NCBI GenBank assembly: GCA_964036045.1
Contig: OZ038379.1
Span: 21,700,001 to 21,764,000 of the forward strand
DNA: 64,000 nucleotides
Direction: 5' to 3'
Source of the DNA: Eutreptiella sp. 'Long Island Sound 2002'
Lineage: Eukaryota > Protista > Euglenida
The position numbers and the translations under genes were made by a program. Under the pieces are notes generated by a model. It was not told the DNA's origin. It was given only the letters and a program-made list of their open reading frames with translations, and ran no database searches. Positions 62,955 through 64,000 of the stretch are shown one piece after another (positions within the stretch are counted from its first letter, which is position 1; every line of letters starts with the position of its first letter).

Positions 62955-63245
62955 GAGGTCCTCCGGAACCAGACCGTCTTCGACGTCATCATCCGCATCC
63001 TGCAGCTGCCCCTCCGGCGGCGCAAGGTTGCGGGGTCGCTTGATGATGCGGACAACGTCCCGCGGCGGACGCTTTTCGGGCACTGCTACGCCTTTGTCAG
63101 CGCCTTCTGCCGGGGCAACGCCCGCAATCAAGAGATCTCGTTCCGGTGGATGGAGCTGTACCTCAGCACCGTCGGTGTGGCGGACCTCAACAGCGCAGAC
63201 GCCATTGCGGACACACTGCGGGACAACCCCGTGCTGCTGTCGCAG
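62955..63245 (+). CDS. ITPR-like: IP3R-like exon 11 (RIH domain 2); gene continues beyond the window
   Basis: EVLRNQTVFDVIIRILQLP...FCRGNARNQ...LRDNPVL resembles RLLRNMGAHAVVLELLQIP...FCAGNQQNQ...FMNNFQL; 291 nt. Confidence 0.9.
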
Positions 63246-64000
63246 GTGCTGAGGCGATGGGGGGCGTCGGGGGGCGACTTCAAACAATTGGAGGGGGCGG
63301 GCAGTGCCGTGGCCGTCCGATCGCAGGGCCGCGCGGACTACTGACCACCCCCCAGACCCTGCCATCGCACATGTGGGCGGGTCCCAGGAGAGGGGAGGCA
63401 GCCCTCTGCTGGTTCCTGAGAGGCCCCGCTCCCAGTCTTCCACTGTCAGCATGCTGCCTGTGCGCGCCATGGGGCCACTATGGCTTTTGGTTGGCCCAGT
63501 GGCGGGAACTGATTTCAGCCGCGCCCGCGCATGACGTCATGCACAGAAATGCTTCCGGTTTCAGGGAACAAACTTGGGTGGAATTGGCTTGGGGGCGGGG
63601 TAGCGGGGCACAGTGGGTACCAGTCACACCACATGGCATTCTACCTCCTGCCCAGGACCTTGTCCATGGTGATGGCGGTGGAGGCCCCAAACACTGCACG
63701 CCAAAAGGGATACATCTCCATTGGGCAACAGGAGGTGTCTGTCAGTGTTGGGATCAGCTGGATTAGGCTGCTGCTCCGAGGCCCAGGGGGTAGAGAGGTG
63801 GGGGGGGGCCTACCCCCCCCCCCCCCAGCGGGGGAGGGGGTGTGAGGTTTGCTTTTCAAGCCAACAGCCATTCGAACCCCCCCCCCCCCGTCCCCCGCCC
63901 CCGGAGGTCCGCTCTTATCGGATCTTGGATTTGGTGGGGCTTTGGCACGAGTGCCTTAAAGGTAATGTGGTATTTGGGGGTCGCGGGACTGCGGTTCACA

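Overview
Repeat-rich eukaryotic genomic DNA, most consistent with a photosynthetic euglenid. This is an inference from a nuclear chlH copy with a presequence-like exon, GC-rich exons, long introns and many poly-G/C tracts. Main contents: (1) the 3' exon of an unidentified gene at the window start; (2) a decayed magnesium-chelatase H (chlH) pseudogene on the minus strand, cut exactly inside its GIWH|PLAP motif by a 4,361-bp insert; (3) inside that insert, an intronless F-box/LRR ORF with 21 near-identical 87-bp (29-aa) repeats that vary mainly at a few surface positions; (4) a single-exon PPPDE/DeSI peptidase gene; (5) a PHD-finger ORF between fold-back arms; (6) the first 11 exons (about 1,209 codons) of an IP3-receptor-family channel, 27.4-63.2 kb, continuing past the window end. 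The IP3R introns hold a degenerate APE-RT LINE, MITE-like elements (one with a perfect 8-bp TSD, one sitting at a splice acceptor), a tRNA-like segment and hairpin minisatellites. All homology calls come from motif recognition by eye; no database searches were run.
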